Positions 37,333 through 51,812 of a stretch of 64,000 nt of DNA are shown piece by piece (the first letter of the stretch is position 1; each line of letters opens with the position of its first letter). The position numbers were made by a program, and so were the translations under genes. Where the stretch lies: NCBI RefSeq assembly GCF_963676685.1, contig NC_092345.1, forward strand, positions 89,218,001 to 89,282,000, written 5' to 3'. The notes beneath the pieces were generated by a model that saw only the letters and a list, made by a program, of their open reading frames with translations, ran no database searches and was not told the origin of the DNA. Origin of the DNA: Mytilus edulis (Eukaryota).

Positions 37333-37789
37333 TTATGGCCTCTAAATCTATATATTAAGTCTCACAAAGTCAATGTATGACATCAGTATACAGAGATAAA
37401 AATGATAACTATTTACAGTATATACAAAACAAGAGAGAGAGGTTTCAAAATTACTAAGCCAGCTGGAGGACAAACGCACGTGACTATATTTTTTTTATAT
37501 AAGCGAACAAGCTGAAGTTGACATTTTATAGAAATCTTTGGGATTAAATTTGGGATTAAACATTTTTGGGATTAAACAGAAAAAAACATCCTTCCTGTTT
37601 TCAAGTTTTCGTACAGGGCTTAAAGCCTTATCGGATAAATGTTTTTTGTTATATTAAAATTTCCCGTTTTAGTAACAACAATTTCCAAATAGTTATATTG
37701 TTTTATCATCTCAATGTTAGTATCATTGTAAGAAAATTGGAGATTTTTTGGCTTCCGTCCATAAAAAAAACCCCACTAAGACTTTAATT

Positions 37790-38095
37790 TTGTCAACTTT
37801 CCTTTCAAGTTCCAAGCCTTACAATAATCATGGAAAGCATTGAGGTGAGTCTGCAGGTCCTGTGCTGTTCCATCGAACAACACCGTGTCATCTGCAAACA
37901 ATATAACAAAACACTTAAGATATATTTCTAATTCTCTTTCAAGATCTTCTGGTATAGTTCTGTTAAGTTCTGTGATATTTCTAGTCACAAAGAAATTATT
38001 TTAGTCAAACAAAGTAAATAAAATAGGAAAGGTGATAAGTTTTCTCCTTGTCGAACACCATTGTCACAAGCAAGCAAAGTATTCCGAATTATAAT
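37790..38095 (-). pseudogene. LINE reverse-transcriptase fragment
   Basis: GVRQGENLSP and ILFADDTVL...DYCKAWNLK motifs; homologous to the LINE at 60-62 kb. Confidence 0.8.
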
Positions 38096-38100
38096 TACTA

Positions 38101-38618
38101 CCGTGTATCATCGGTACAGTGGATATAGCTTTATAGGTACTTCGAAGCGTGAAAAACTATATACCGTACATTCATTTAACTATGCACCGTACAGAAGGAT
38201 TCATGTGGTCAGCTATACACAACGTTTCTTGTCGAAATAAAATATCGAAAAATAACATATGTACAAAATATTTCAATGCCAAATTTTGAAACAGCTATAC
38301 TTATTAAACACAAACAGTGGCCTTCTATCAGAAACAGAGTTGCAATGAATATAGAATCATATCGGATGAGACGAACGCCAACTTCTTTGGCAAGTATTTG
38401 CACATGTTTTTAGGAAGGATTCTTGTTTTGGGCAAATAGTGAGACTTCTCTAATCACCAACCCACGACCAAATCATTTCTTAAAACTACAAATATGTTTA
38501 GATTGAAGTAAACATTGATATAATGTAAACAAAACAAAGATTTTCGTACCTTGTCAGAAGAAAAATCGATCACGACCCCTTGGTTAGAACCTATATCCGC
38601 TATACCGATGATTCACGG
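38101..38618. mobile_element. MITE
   Basis: ~28-bp imperfect TIR ccgtgtatcatcggtacagtggatatag / ctatatccgctataccgatgattcacgg. Confidence 0.75.
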
Positions 38619-39395
38619 AGTTGTCCAACGAATGGACAAGAGTTGAAACAAAGAGTGGTGACATAGTAATGACAAAGTTAATGCTTTTTATTCTCTTTTT
38701 TTAAAGAGACGAAAAAGAGGAACAAAATGCAACAGACGGGCGTCACCCCATTCATCTCGGTTGGAAAATAAAAATATCAAATACCCTGAATTGGAAAAAG
38801 TGTGGCAAAGTGTGTTTTCAGTGGTTCTTTTCCCCCTTTTCACTGAATAACTGTATCGTCTACGTAAATTCCGATGTCATTACCGAAAAGGATCAAAATA
38901 AGTACCACAAAGGGAAAATCCGATCTAATCGGACGAAAAAGTAAGTCTTAAACACTTCATCAGGAATCAACCCCTTGTATCTCAGAAATCGTTGACGCTA
39001 CTCCAAATCTGTTGAGATACTAGTACTCATGTTTCAGAATTTTATTAGCAATTAAAAAAATCTCCATTAAAATAAGTTGAAAATAAACAATCTGTATATG
39101 TCAATATGTGCTCATTGTTGAAGACCGTATGGTGACCTATAGGTATTTATTTCTGTGTCATTTGGTCTGTTGTGGAGAGTTGTCTCATTAGCACAGATAC
39201 CACTTTTTCTTTTTCTATAATTACCCACATAGGCATTTCATATTTCGCGGGCACTACGTCGACTAAGCTTGCTTGGGTACTTCCTCACATAATTGGCGTT
39301 TTCTGTGGAAAAAAGGTTGGTTCAAAGACAAATTAAAAGTAAAAAAACTACATGTAAACGTCATATCACAAATATTTCCGACTTGGTATGGTTTT

Positions 39396-39435
<40 letters not shown>

Positions 39436-39813
39436 AAGCATAGATAATATGATATTCTAGATTTAATATCATTGTACATATTCAATACTTCATTATACAT
39501 CTTACCATTTACAGATTAATATATTATTCAATAACATTTTATAAAACAAATCATCTCGCCATATTATGCATCAGTAGATAATTTTATAGCTATTGTTATG
39601 AAATATTTTTGAAACAGACTGGGATTTCAATGGTGTCTTTTGCAATGAATAGAAATAAGCAGATGTGGTATGACAGCCACTGAGACAACTCTCCATCCAA
39701 GTCATAATTTGTAAGAGGAAACAATTAAAGGTCATTGTACGACCTTCAACACGGATCCTATGCTTAAACCGAAAAGCAAGCTATAAAAGGCTCTTAAATT
39801 TGTTATAATATTC

Positions 39814-40911
39814 CATACCTGTCAACCTGTGACGATGAAAATGCAGGCCATATTCTGCATTGAAGAATCAAATCTCCGGTCATAACGCGTACGAACTTTT
39901 TTTAGCTGAATTTCAGTATTTATGGTACATTTTCTTATAATGTATATCAGAGATACCAAAACATCATTCAATGCATGTTCACTTGGTTAAGTCATTTTAA
40001 ATCCTATTAATTATTATTTCATTGCACTTTTAAGGATTTTTATAAATTTGTGTAACACAGTCTTATGTTCCTTACTTTTCATTAATATAAGAATTTATTT
40101 TTGAAAGGTAATATTTAAATGTTTCCTTTTGTTAATACTACAATTTATTTTTAATTGTGTGAGATACTGGCTATGTAGCCTTTAAACATACCATCTTTAA
40201 AAGCAACAGAGAACAACAAATGGAAGTTTTTAACGACCTTGACTGGCTACACAGCCCTTGCACGGTCGGCCAAGAGAATTAGAATATGATAAAATATACT
40301 AATACAATTAATATGGTTAAAGGAAGTATAAATGCAAAAAATAATTTTCAATTTTTTTTTTAAAATTGTATAAAGGTATAAAAATAATAAAAAGTTATTT
40401 TTCAATATGTATTTGAATTTTATATTTTTATGATTTTACCTTTTTCACCCATAAAACGTTAATATAAGGAAGAATTTTGAATGGTGACAAATAAGGGGAA
40501 GTAACTGTCTAGTTGAAATATGTTTGTAAACGAATACTGAATACTGAGACTGAATAGTGCAATTTATTTACGACCTAAAGCTAACTTAAAGGTAATTGGT
40601 GTTAATTAACAGTGTGTTTGACACCAAAGCTGTCGAGTGAAGCCATGCACTTAATGGGTCACTTAATTTGACAGTTTAAATAGCTAGATGATCTTCCTGT
40701 TCATTGAAGAATTACGAATTTGCCGGTATTTCAAAGAAATATTACTTATGAAATCAATCTCAAGGCTAAGAAATACGGGTGAAATCGGGTCATTTTCTTA
40801 ATTCCCGGGTTATTTTAATGACCCGGCGGGTGTCCCGGGTGATTCCTCAGAATTGTGAAAATCTCGGGTGACACCCGCAGAATACGGGTCAGTTCACTGT
40901 TGACAGGTATG
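39814..40911. mobile_element. Non-autonomous TIR element (hAT-like termini)
   Basis: CATACCTGTCAAC ... GTTGACAGGTATG; cgggt subterminal repeats; TSD unclear. Confidence 0.7.
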
Positions 40912-42844
40912 ATTTTCTCCACAGCCGGGAATTTCTTCAATTAGCTCCTACACTGTCAACATTTAACTGACTAATCTTAATCTTCAACCGAAATTTTTGA
41001 AACGTTGATTTTGTTAAATTGCTTTGTCTCATTTTCCCCATAAATTGCACTTTCGTTAGCGATAGACACATATTTAAGCCGGGTTAATAGTTTACAGAAG
41101 CAGATCGGAATCAGTTATGACGTAGACAGTAATCATTCTAATCGTAATCATGTTCATTGACCATAACGACGATGAAAGCACATCATATAATGACGTTTCG
41201 ACATCATATAATGAAGTAAACCTAACCACATAATATAAGATTACAAGCACATAATATAATGACACAACCACATCATATAAAGATGTTTGCACGTAATATA
41301 AGGATATGTACACACCATATAAGTATACTTGCACAGCATATAAGTATATGTGCACAGCATATAAGTATATGTGCACAGCATATAATGATCTTTCAACATA
41401 ATATAAGTACATTTGCACATCATATAAGAATGTTTGCACATCATATAAGTATATTTGCACATCATATAAGTATATTTGCATATCATATAAGTATATATGC
41501 ACATCATATAAGTATGTTTGCACATAATATAATGATATTTGCACATCATATAAGGATATTTGCACATCATATAAGGATATTTGCACATCATATAAGGATA
41601 TTTGCACATCATATAAGGATATTTGCACATCATATACAGGTGTTTACACATCATATAATGACAAGTGCACATCATATAAAGGTAAATGCACATCATATAA
41701 TGAAAATGGTCATAATAAGACAGTGTTGGCGTTCCATACAACGCAATCATAGGTTTGAACGTTGTTTAAAATTTAGACTTGTTTATTTTCTTTTAGTATA
41801 TATACTTGTCAGATTTTTTTTCACTTCTTGGTTAATCACATTCAGGCGAAATTATAAATAATACCATGACCTTTTTGACTTACCACTGTAAATAAGTGGT
41901 TAAACCATAAATCTTATGAATTAATACGTCTGATATTTTAAAAGACAGAAGTCATTATTTCTTGGGAAGTAAATAAGAAAAAAACTATTAGTATTTACAA
42001 AATGAGAAAAAAATGCTTGGAATAGTTTAGGACATGCAAGTAATTACATGTATAGTTTTGTGGGATTAAGAACCCATAATATTTTACAGTTCATCCATAC
42101 ATTATTACTTACTCAAACAAAGTATAGTTTTTTCCTCCCCATCAATTATGATAATTTTCCCCTGCCACTTTCCATATAACGTAATACAGTTCAAAAAGAA
42201 TGATATTACACAAAAATTGTGCGAATGGAAATTGTTTGTGTGCACTTGAACTGTGAATTTTATCAAGTTGTCACATATATACATTATATTTTTATGTCCA
42301 TAAATGATCACTTTTCACGTAATTCGGACTGTCATCAACTGTTGTAAAACACATCATACCATAAAAATTGATATGTATTACAAGACATTACATAAAACAT
42401 TTGGTCTTGCCAAATAACCTTAAGGATGTATAAATAACAAGTCACAACAACATCATACGCTTGTCTGTCTCAAAAAACAAAACAAAACTATGCGCTAAAG
42501 ATTTGAAATGATTTCTTGTGATTTGAAATGATATCGTGTTCTTCCTTTCAAAAAAAGTAATAATTAATATACATTTGTGCTCTTGAAAAATCAAATTGAA
42601 TGTGTATCTTGGATTGTCACTGTTAAAGGTATTCATACTCATTCTATACATGAGAGATTTATAAAATATACCTTCACTGACGTATAAGTCTATACATAAG
42701 GGGATTTATATAATATACCTTCACATTTGTATAAGTGCTTATTTAATGTTGAAAACCAAATGTTCGAATTTACTCGATGCCGTTCGGACTTTTCTGTGAT
42801 TGGGTTGCGGTCCCATTGACGTATGCATCAAATTGCCTTGTAAC

Positions 42845-43350
42845 AAAGGTGTAGGTCCGGTAAAGGCCGATTTTGGCCTCAAATTTCAGGTTCGTCTAAC
42901 AAAAGATTTTGGACATTTTTTAAACACTTAAGTGTCTATTTCAATTGATTCAATTAGTTTATGTGAATATGCCAAAAAACGTCACTTTTCAGATGGTTTC
43001 TGTCAAAATTTAAAGTGGCCGCATCCGTGTTCATTCTAAATCTTTATATATGTTATGTAATATCATCAAATACAACTTACATTTCAATATTATGAATGAA
43101 CACGAATGCGGCCACTTTCATTTCAGACGAAAACCGTCTAAAATTTAACTAGAATGCTAAAATTGTGAAGATTTCAGTATTTTAGCATGACTTAATGATG
43201 CTAGTACCCGATATATGTGCATTGTTTTGTCAAAAAACAGACCATAGTTATGTAGCAGAAGCGTAAATAGGTAAACGATTACGTTTTCATAATTTTGTAA
43301 AACTGCTATATTTTTGGGCCATAAAGGGGTCTTCCTGAACCTACTCCTTT
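42845..43350. mobile_element. MITE with internal inverted repeat
   Basis: TIR aaaggtgtaggtccgg / ctgaacctactccttt; internal aaagtggccgcat.cgtgttcattc inverted pair at ~43010-43110. Confidence 0.7.
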
Positions 43351-43757
43351 GGAAAAAAACATATGTTTTACACATTAAATTTTCCTTGAAAAAGGTAAAG
43401 GTACGGAATGCACAGTTTAGACAGTAAAAAATATTGGATCTGTGAGAAAAATATAAACTTCAATTACAGAAAATTTAGTTTTTTCTTCAAATGAAACAAG
43501 CGATATAGAATTCAGTCAGAATATTTATACAAGAATGTCTTCTTTTTTCATCGTTCAAAGATTTTGCATTTGTGCGTAAATTTGATTGGCCGAACTTATA
43601 GAATGCAACATATATTGCACGTGTTTTCTATTACAAGATAAAAACTGCATTATAACGACATTACATGACAGTATGTTTCATTTAAATCCGCAATTTTGAT
43701 TGCCTGACCACAACTGTGTGACACTCTTATATATTGTTCTATTTTTGTATATTATAC

Positions 43758-44113
43758 AACAGCTATATGAAAATATGGAAATGTAGCATGATTGCCAATG
43801 AAACAGCTATAGGAAAATATGGAAATGTAGCATGATTGCCAATGAAACAGCTATAGGAAAATATGGAAATGTAGCATGATTGCCAATAAAACAGCTATAG
43901 GAAAATATGGAAATGTAGCATGATTGCCAATGAAACAGCTATAGGAAAATATGGAAATGTAGCATGATTGCCAATGAAACAGCTATAGGAAAATATGGAA
44001 ATGTAGCATGATTGCCAATGAAACAGCTATAGGAAAATATGGAAATGTAGCATGATTGCCAATGAAACAGCTATAGGAAAATATGGAAATGTAGCATGAT
44101 TGCCAATGAAACA
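43758..44113. repeat. 44-bp tandem repeat, ~8 near-perfect copies
   Basis: Unit aaacagctataggaaaatatggaaatgtagcatgattgccaatg. Confidence 0.95.
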
Positions 44114-45164
44114 ACTACCCTCCAAATTTCAAATGAAGTGGATATATGATTGCGCGTGTGTTCCGGGTCAAATTTAAAACAATACACAGAAAAAACAAAC
44201 AAAAATGATGATGTAAAACTTAACTTTATGGTTGTAGTATAAAATTGTAAATTTGAGGGATGATGCTTTAAAAAAATAATTAGGATTGTAATTGCGTTGA
44301 TCGTGCTTACTATAATTCAAATCAAAATGTGCTGATAACGCTTTTACACCTCAATACAATTGTAAAAGAAACATTCAAATCTTTTAAAAGAAAACAAAAA
44401 CAAAAAACAGTTGAGTTAATTTAACTTGTTATTTCAAGGCTAGTAGCTAAATAATATAATCATAAGAAATGAGTGCTTCTTTTTTGAAATATTATAAGGT
44501 CGTAAAGGCATTGAACGACAGCACATTTTCAGTATGAAGCGATTCAGGTAAAAAATGTTTCACCTATCGGAAATTCCCCTATTATTTCATATAAAAACAT
44601 ATTTTTAATAAAAATTCTTCTTAAGATATATTTGTTGTCTAAATTGAATAATTTTTTTTAATTAAATACAGAAATGTATGTAATGTCTTGTAATACTTAT
44701 GAAACATATTTATGATTCATACTTTTAGGGAAATCACAATTTGAAAACAAATATAAATTAATGCAAGACAAAATCATAAAGCTATATAGGAAAAACTGAC
44801 ATTTAATTTCAATATTTGTATACAAATAATGATTTCTCAGTAATGGCATGTCATGAAAATATTTCACATTAACCATAAAAACTGTCTACATTTGTGAGTA
44901 TAACATAAGAAATATCATCTAAATCGAACCTCAAATTAGTTTTGACAATGTTTAAAAACGTGTTTTTATATGAAATGTAATAAGGAAACTTTTGGCGAGT
45001 GGCTTGTGACCTGAGACTACAAAATTTGCTTCGGTCAACTCTTATACACTCCATCAAAATAACTGAAAAGAATTATTTAATTCCTAAACATTTACAGCAA
45101 CGACATCTTTTTTTCTTTCCGTCTGCATATTTATCAAAACATGTATGCAGTCCATCGGTGAGTT

Positions 45165-46365
45165 ACAATTTATGAATAAAATCAACAAAGACCCATCGAA
45201 ACAACATCTGATTCAAACATTTAATAACACTTTTAGAGATTTGGATGATATATCGGCTCCGTATAACGACGACTTCAGTATGTCACTAAAGAGATGTATC
45301 CTCCTGAACCGTGACTTTAAATAAAGCTAATACTAACAATGAACACTGCCCTTTTTTGGATCTTGCTATTTATATCTATAATTACTGCCAGCCTAATACC
45401 AAAAGTTATGATAAAGTTAAGTTTTTTTTCATTTCCTATTATTAATTATCCAAAATTTAGATGGTGGCGTTCCCTTGTCACCATCTTATTGTTTTCATAT
45501 ATCCCAACTTGTTCAATTTACCCGTGTATGTAACAACGTATTAGATTTTAACGAATGAAATTTCTGTTTATTTGGAGAAAAAAAAATACTAGGGTTTTCG
45601 ATATCACAAACTAGTAAAAACGTTTACTAAATTTGATCATCGTTACAAGGATATCATTCGTAATTATCAATCAACATGCAGTCATGTTACACGTTCAGGT
45701 ATTTCATATCCAATCCTTTATGGCAATATTCTATACAAAGCACAAAAATATCAACATTCACCTTAAACACTTACCAATCCTTAAACCAGACTTATTCCGA
45801 AGGGATATACATGTAGCTACGATACTGTTGTCAGGTTATCAAAGATTGCTTATTTTTAAAATATTGATTCATGCATAGGGTCTTTCCATCGAAAATAAAC
45901 ACATTTATTCTAAAACCAATTCGGCTTGATATGGATTATGTTCTTCTTGTGTTGTGTTGTGATGGCATGATACTAATTCTCTAACGGGAGGGATTATGAT
46001 TTATTTTCATATGCTGAATGAATATAACCCTTCAATCAGTTTAACTGAGGTCTGGAACTGGCATGTCGTTAAATGCTAGTAGTCTTTTGTTAATTTGTAT
46101 CATTCTCATTTTTCTTCGTTTCTTTTCTAACCTATTCTGACATCAGGCTTGTCTACATGCGTATTGATGTGTGTTTGTTGATTCTAAACTGGCTAGATGT
46201 ACATGTATAGGGGGAGGGTTGAGATCTCACACAACATATTTAACCCGCCGCATTTTTGCGCCTGTCAAAAGTCAGGATTATCTGGCCTTAGTTAGTCTTG
46301 TATGTTTTGAAATTTTAGTTCAATTATATGTTTTGTAGTTTTGTGTGAAGTCCATTTCCACTGAA
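45165..46365 (+). pseudogene. 5'-truncated, frameshifted Penelope-like retroelement (Naiad-type) RT C-terminus plus 3'UTR
   Basis: Across frames: FNNTFRDLDD (RYxDD), CPF-LDL, FSFPIINYP, YISQL, GFRYHKLVKTFTKF. The reading ends near 45900 with no C-terminal GIY-YIG; degenerate SECIS-like motif at 45959-46004. Confidence 0.75.
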
Positions 46366-48621
46366 CATGAATTGTTGTACTCCTCCCAATTTTACTTCAC
46401 ATGTACATAGAGTTCTTGGAGAATGGTACAAATACCAATAAGAAACTAACAGAAGACATGACATTTATACATTTTTCCTTTTTGTCACATGATTTCATTC
46501 AGGATATTAAAATTGATTAATCGAGCACGAACATGATTAATATAAATGTGTTACATGTATTGGAAATAGATATACCACATCATAAATATAGAAATCATTA
46601 GGAATTTGTTTCAAATAATGTATATTGTAGATCCGATAGATATTTAAATTCAAACATTGCTAATGGTGAACATTATGCTTGGCTTGGAAACCGAATTGAA
46701 TGTTAATATACAGGGTTTGTTTCTATTTGGAGCTATTTATCATTATAGAAACGAAAAATTGTTTTGGAAGAAAGAGAGAAGTATACTTGTTGTATTTCGT
46801 ATGATCAATGTTTTCTTAAATATCTTAATGAAAAAAAGGTTGCATCATATCAAAAGGATCTTCGGTTTCAATTATCGGACAGAGCCAAACTATATGATTC
46901 GATCCTAACAGATCAACTATTCATCTTATCATAAGACCATGTTATGGGATGAACACATAAGACGTAACAGTAAAAGAAAAAGGGTAATGGGTGGAAAATA
47001 TTTCTATCATCAAGTCACAACTTCTTTCAATTATGATTTGACCGAAATAATATAACTCATCCTTGGGGGGATAAAACATATCAACGGTTCTAGAAAAAAA
47101 AAACCCACAAAGGACCAAAATTCAGGAACTCGTAAGAATCTAATGTCTTCACATTACAATCTGGACGTGTGACCACGAAAAAAAATGTAAATTTAGCAAG
47201 AACCTCGTCACTTTTCCAACTAAGACCTTGTTATCAGATGAACCCAGGAACCGTTATAGAACAAGAAAACGTAAACGATGGATTCGAAATGATTGAGAAA
47301 TTCAACCGAAACTTAGTTATGAATGTATAAAAAAAAAATATGACTTCTCCACTCCGTAAGATTAAAAATCACCATCGGAGGTTGTAAAATTATTGTAAAT
47401 GTCAATAAATCAAAAACTATTATTCGTAAGGGCCTAAATTCTTCACAATTGGACTCATCAATATGGGATCTTGATTTCGATAAAAGTCCAGTTAAATAAA
47501 GTTTTCATTGTATAGATATGCTAATGCAAATATGTCGGAAACAACAAGATATACAGAAAAGGTAAATGATAAAAAGTTTGTGCGACATCAAACAGTGATG
47601 AGTAGATATAGAAAGATGTGGTATGAGTGCCAATGTGACAATTCTCCATCCAAATAACAATTTATAAAAGTAAACTATTATAGCTCAAGGTACGACCTTC
47701 AACACGGAGCCTTGGCTCACACCGAACAACAAGCTATAAAGGGCCCCAAAATCTACTAGTGTAAAACCATTCAAACGGGAAAACCAACGGTCTAATCCAT
47801 ATAAAAAAGAGAAACACGTATGAACTACATAAACAGACGACAACTACTGTGCATCAGATTCCTAAGATTTGACAGGAAAACTACGACCGATATAATCCCG
47901 ATCGTATAGGTTCCGAAATGTCTGAAGTAGCCACAACTCGTACTTATTAACCATTTGACTCCTACACATGGGACCTTAATAAATAAAGATATAAAAAAAA
48001 GCAAAGGTCAATGTCATCTTAGTCAAACAGAAAGTACTGTTTTCATCAACAGCAATGTACCTAACAACACTAGATTTGTTGGTTTAGGAGGATGATCGAC
48101 GAATCCGTGATTTTCGTCAAGTGACAAATAATGCAATCATTCTATTTACTAGAACATATTAATGTGATACGAATACGTTCCTTGCTTTGTACAAGAACGA
48201 CAGACGAAGTCGATTTTTAAACGTACTAGTTCACAAGGTAACAGAATAAAACAATCACCTTACCCGGACACATAATATGAACTCCACATCGACTAGTCTT
48301 TGCTCAAGCAGCAATTACAAAAAATGTCTGGTTTGACCCGGCCTAGGATCAAACCAACAATCATCAACCCGAACTCGAGACGAGCATAGATATGTGGTTG
48401 GATTCAGGAAAAAAACGAATTTGCGGTTTTAAAAGTCACTTCCAGTTAACATATATTTTGGAATTCTGTATGTTCGGCTCTATCACATTATTCAATTTTT
48501 AACCATTAAAACCTAGTGTTTCTGCCTGTTTGCACGTAATTAGTGATCAAATATATTTAAAATCGCTCAGAAAGGCTGTTCTTTTACTGGAAAAAATAGT
48601 ATATTTTTGATGACTTATTTA

Positions 48622-48828
48622 CTGTGGATCATTATTATTCGTTGGATACCAATTTTCGTGGATTTCGTGGGCACAGTCAAACCACGAAATTAAATATTCA
48701 ACGAATGATAATTTTTCTATAGGTTTGTATTCAGACTTCAGCAAAACCACGAAATTAAATATTCACGAATATGCAAGTTTTTCTTAATCCACGAAAATTG
48801 GTACCCACGAAAATAAAGGAATCCACAG
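48622..48828. mobile_element. Tc1/mariner-type MITE
   Basis: TA|CTGTGGAT ... ATCCACAG|TA; ccacgaaa subrepeats. Confidence 0.85.
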
Positions 48829-51812
48829 TATGTTGTCTAGTCCAAAGACACAAGCCTTTGAGTTATACGTGCTCATCATGTGTGCAATTTAATAGTTTTT
48901 TCAAACAGGAAATAAAATTTACGTTTATAAGTGTGTCACAGTAAAATAGCTCGAGAAACATAACTTATTTTCTCTTGTAAAAATAAATAAACATGTACAA
49001 AATGTAGGTTAAATATATAAATAATCAACTAAATACTGGCATTATTCTCAAGATTTCTAGGTGTATAAGTCAAGGTTTAACGAAGTACAAAAGGACATTA
49101 AGATGTAAACCAACAGTTATTATCGATAACTGAAAAAAAATGATGTAAACGAGAATTCTGAGATAACAAATGTCTCCACCATGACCATTTCACTTTGGTC
49201 GTAGATAGTTATATAGTTTGCATAGCATTTTACGAACATAAAATATGTATTTAAGCTCACAGATATGACGAATAGCCACTCATTAAAAAGAAGAATAGAA
49301 TCTGAAGCAATAGACACATGAACGAGCAACCGGTACAGCCATGTTGATTTAATTTTATCAACAACAACAAAAAGTAAATAAATATTTATTTAGTGTAAAT
49401 GCTTTTCATAACTTTGGAATCGCACACGTGATAAAAAGTTTTAACCAGAAACGCGTGACATGTGCGGCGAAACATTTGGTATAACGAAATATTTGATAAT
49501 TATTAGAGTAATAAAGTATGATAGATTTTCCAAAAGCTTATACAAAGGCTCATTTATAAATACACATGTATAAAACTTTTAACAAGCGATCTAGAATTAG
49601 CAGAATGTATTAAATATTGAAAACTCTATGTAATGTCATGAACGGATTCTATACTAGGCTATATAATAATATTCTAAACACATACCGGTAGTACATTGAC
49701 ATATTTAGTCCCACTAGACTAGTACAATAATTGTTGAATGTATATTTTGCATCTTTATCTTTCCTTAATGTCTTGTTTTTTATTGCTTGTTTTATAGTGC
49801 GTGTTAAAAGATGTGTCTAAATGAAGCTTGTTTATATGGGATTATATTTAGGTATGCCATTATCGTGTTTACTGTACATAATCATAAAAATGATTATGGT
49901 CATCCTTTGAATTAACTAAAGATTTATTTAACTTCGTTTCATATGGTACTCGTCAGTTTGACGAACAACATACCAGCTTACCATTTTTGTCACGAACTTT
50001 GAATTGAAACATTCAAAGAAATTCAAATTTGAAATAAATCATTTAATTATTCGTTTTTACAAATCATAATGAAGTCAAAAATTAATATAATAAAGAGATA
50101 AGTATTCAAATTACGTACCTGAAAAGAATTAAAAATTCCAGACCTTAACATTTAATATGCCATTGTTATTCTGGTAAGTAACCAATAAAACCAATATATA
50201 GATATATATCAATGACAATGACAAGGCCGGGGGAAATGACAATAAAACATTGTAGTGTGTTGATTCATTGTCCAGTTTGTGTTTTAGACAGAAAGAAATA
50301 TTTGTGAAATGCAATCAAATTTCGATAGATACTGCATGTTATAATTTGTAATACATACAGTTAGAAGTAAAGACTGTATCACTATTTGAAAATTCCTATG
50401 CATACTTCATACAAAATCCCATTTTAATAATAAAAAAATAATCCTCTAGAGTTATTCATTGTCCGAATCACATAAAACCTGTATCACAAAACACAGAAAT
50501 GTTTGCAATTTCTTGCAAGAATTTAAAAATAAATAATGTATGAGTTTTTACTGAATTGTCATCGTTTCAAAAAAGACAATTATTAAGCAAGTTGCTGCAC
50601 GAAAAGGATAAACGGATATATAGGCGAAATTACAATTAATTTTATTATTTTTATATATTTAGCTCAGGACAGTACTGGGATGCCATTAAGATATTTCATA
50701 TTAACACTTAGATACTGTAATTTTTTTAGGAGTTTAACAGTACAAATTTCATTAACATCAAACATTATATAAGTTTTGACAATCTTTGAAAAATGTGTAA
50801 TATATATATAGGAATTTCCGAGTGGTGACACACTTTGTCGTAGTACAAAATCCCATTTATAATAATTGTATTAAGGAAATACACGAATTGTTTTTTTTAA
50901 ATGCAAAAACTTGTTTAACATAAACGGTAGAACATATTATGTCAAATATGTTTGCTCGACATTATTTTACCGGAAAGTTCATAAACACATGCATTTGAGC
51001 TCGTTATTAAAACATTGATACATATATATAACACCTACCCATATTAAAATGCACGGAAGCGTATTAGCAATACACATTTAAAAACACCAGAAGAAATTGG
51101 CGAATTACATGGAATCTTGAATTAATTTGTCCAACAAAAATGAAATTATACAGATTTCGATTTTACTCGCGACTTTCGATAAGAAATATACATTACAAAA
51201 AATAGAACTCATATTCTTGAGTAGTGTGTTTTTACCAAAAAGGATTGAGAAAGGAGACAAAAAATGAGACAAAGTTATCTTAAAAAAAATATCAGCTGTC
51301 AGACATTTATTATATCATATTAATTTAATTAATAACTGTTTGTACGTTCACTTTTGTATTACCGAATGTTGAAACTAATTTACAATTCAATTCAATAGTG
51401 CATTTCTTTAAGGAAGCGTTTATGCGAACAATGTGTAATTGTCTTATTTTTCTACAGAGCATGTACATGTATAAGTGTAATTTTAGATTGCATGTCAGTC
51501 ACTGCACGAAACACTGTAAACACTATGCTATTGTTAAATCCTAAATTGAACGAGTAGGTGGTCATTAATAGTAGATTAAGGTAGGTCATGTACTACTTAT
51601 GTTTTAATGCTTTATTGTAAACCTGTCAATCAACAATGATTTTATGTACACGTTGTCCGAAATGTTTATAGCCATATTCACACTTCTTCAAACATATAGA
51701 TCAATTCATAAATCTGGAATGTTAAGGACCAATATAGTAATACATGTACACCAAAAACACGTGATTACTAATGAAATAAAAAAATAAACATTCGGGTATA
51801 TCAAAATCTTAA

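Larger units (their letters stand above)
33776..41738. mobile_element. ~8-kb non-autonomous foldback DNA transposon (IS3EU-like)
   Basis: Long TIRs 33776-34462 and 41094-41738 built of 21-bp repeats; termini TATGG...CCATA; exact 6-bp flanking direct repeat CAACGC (33770-33775, 41739-41744). Confidence 0.8.
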
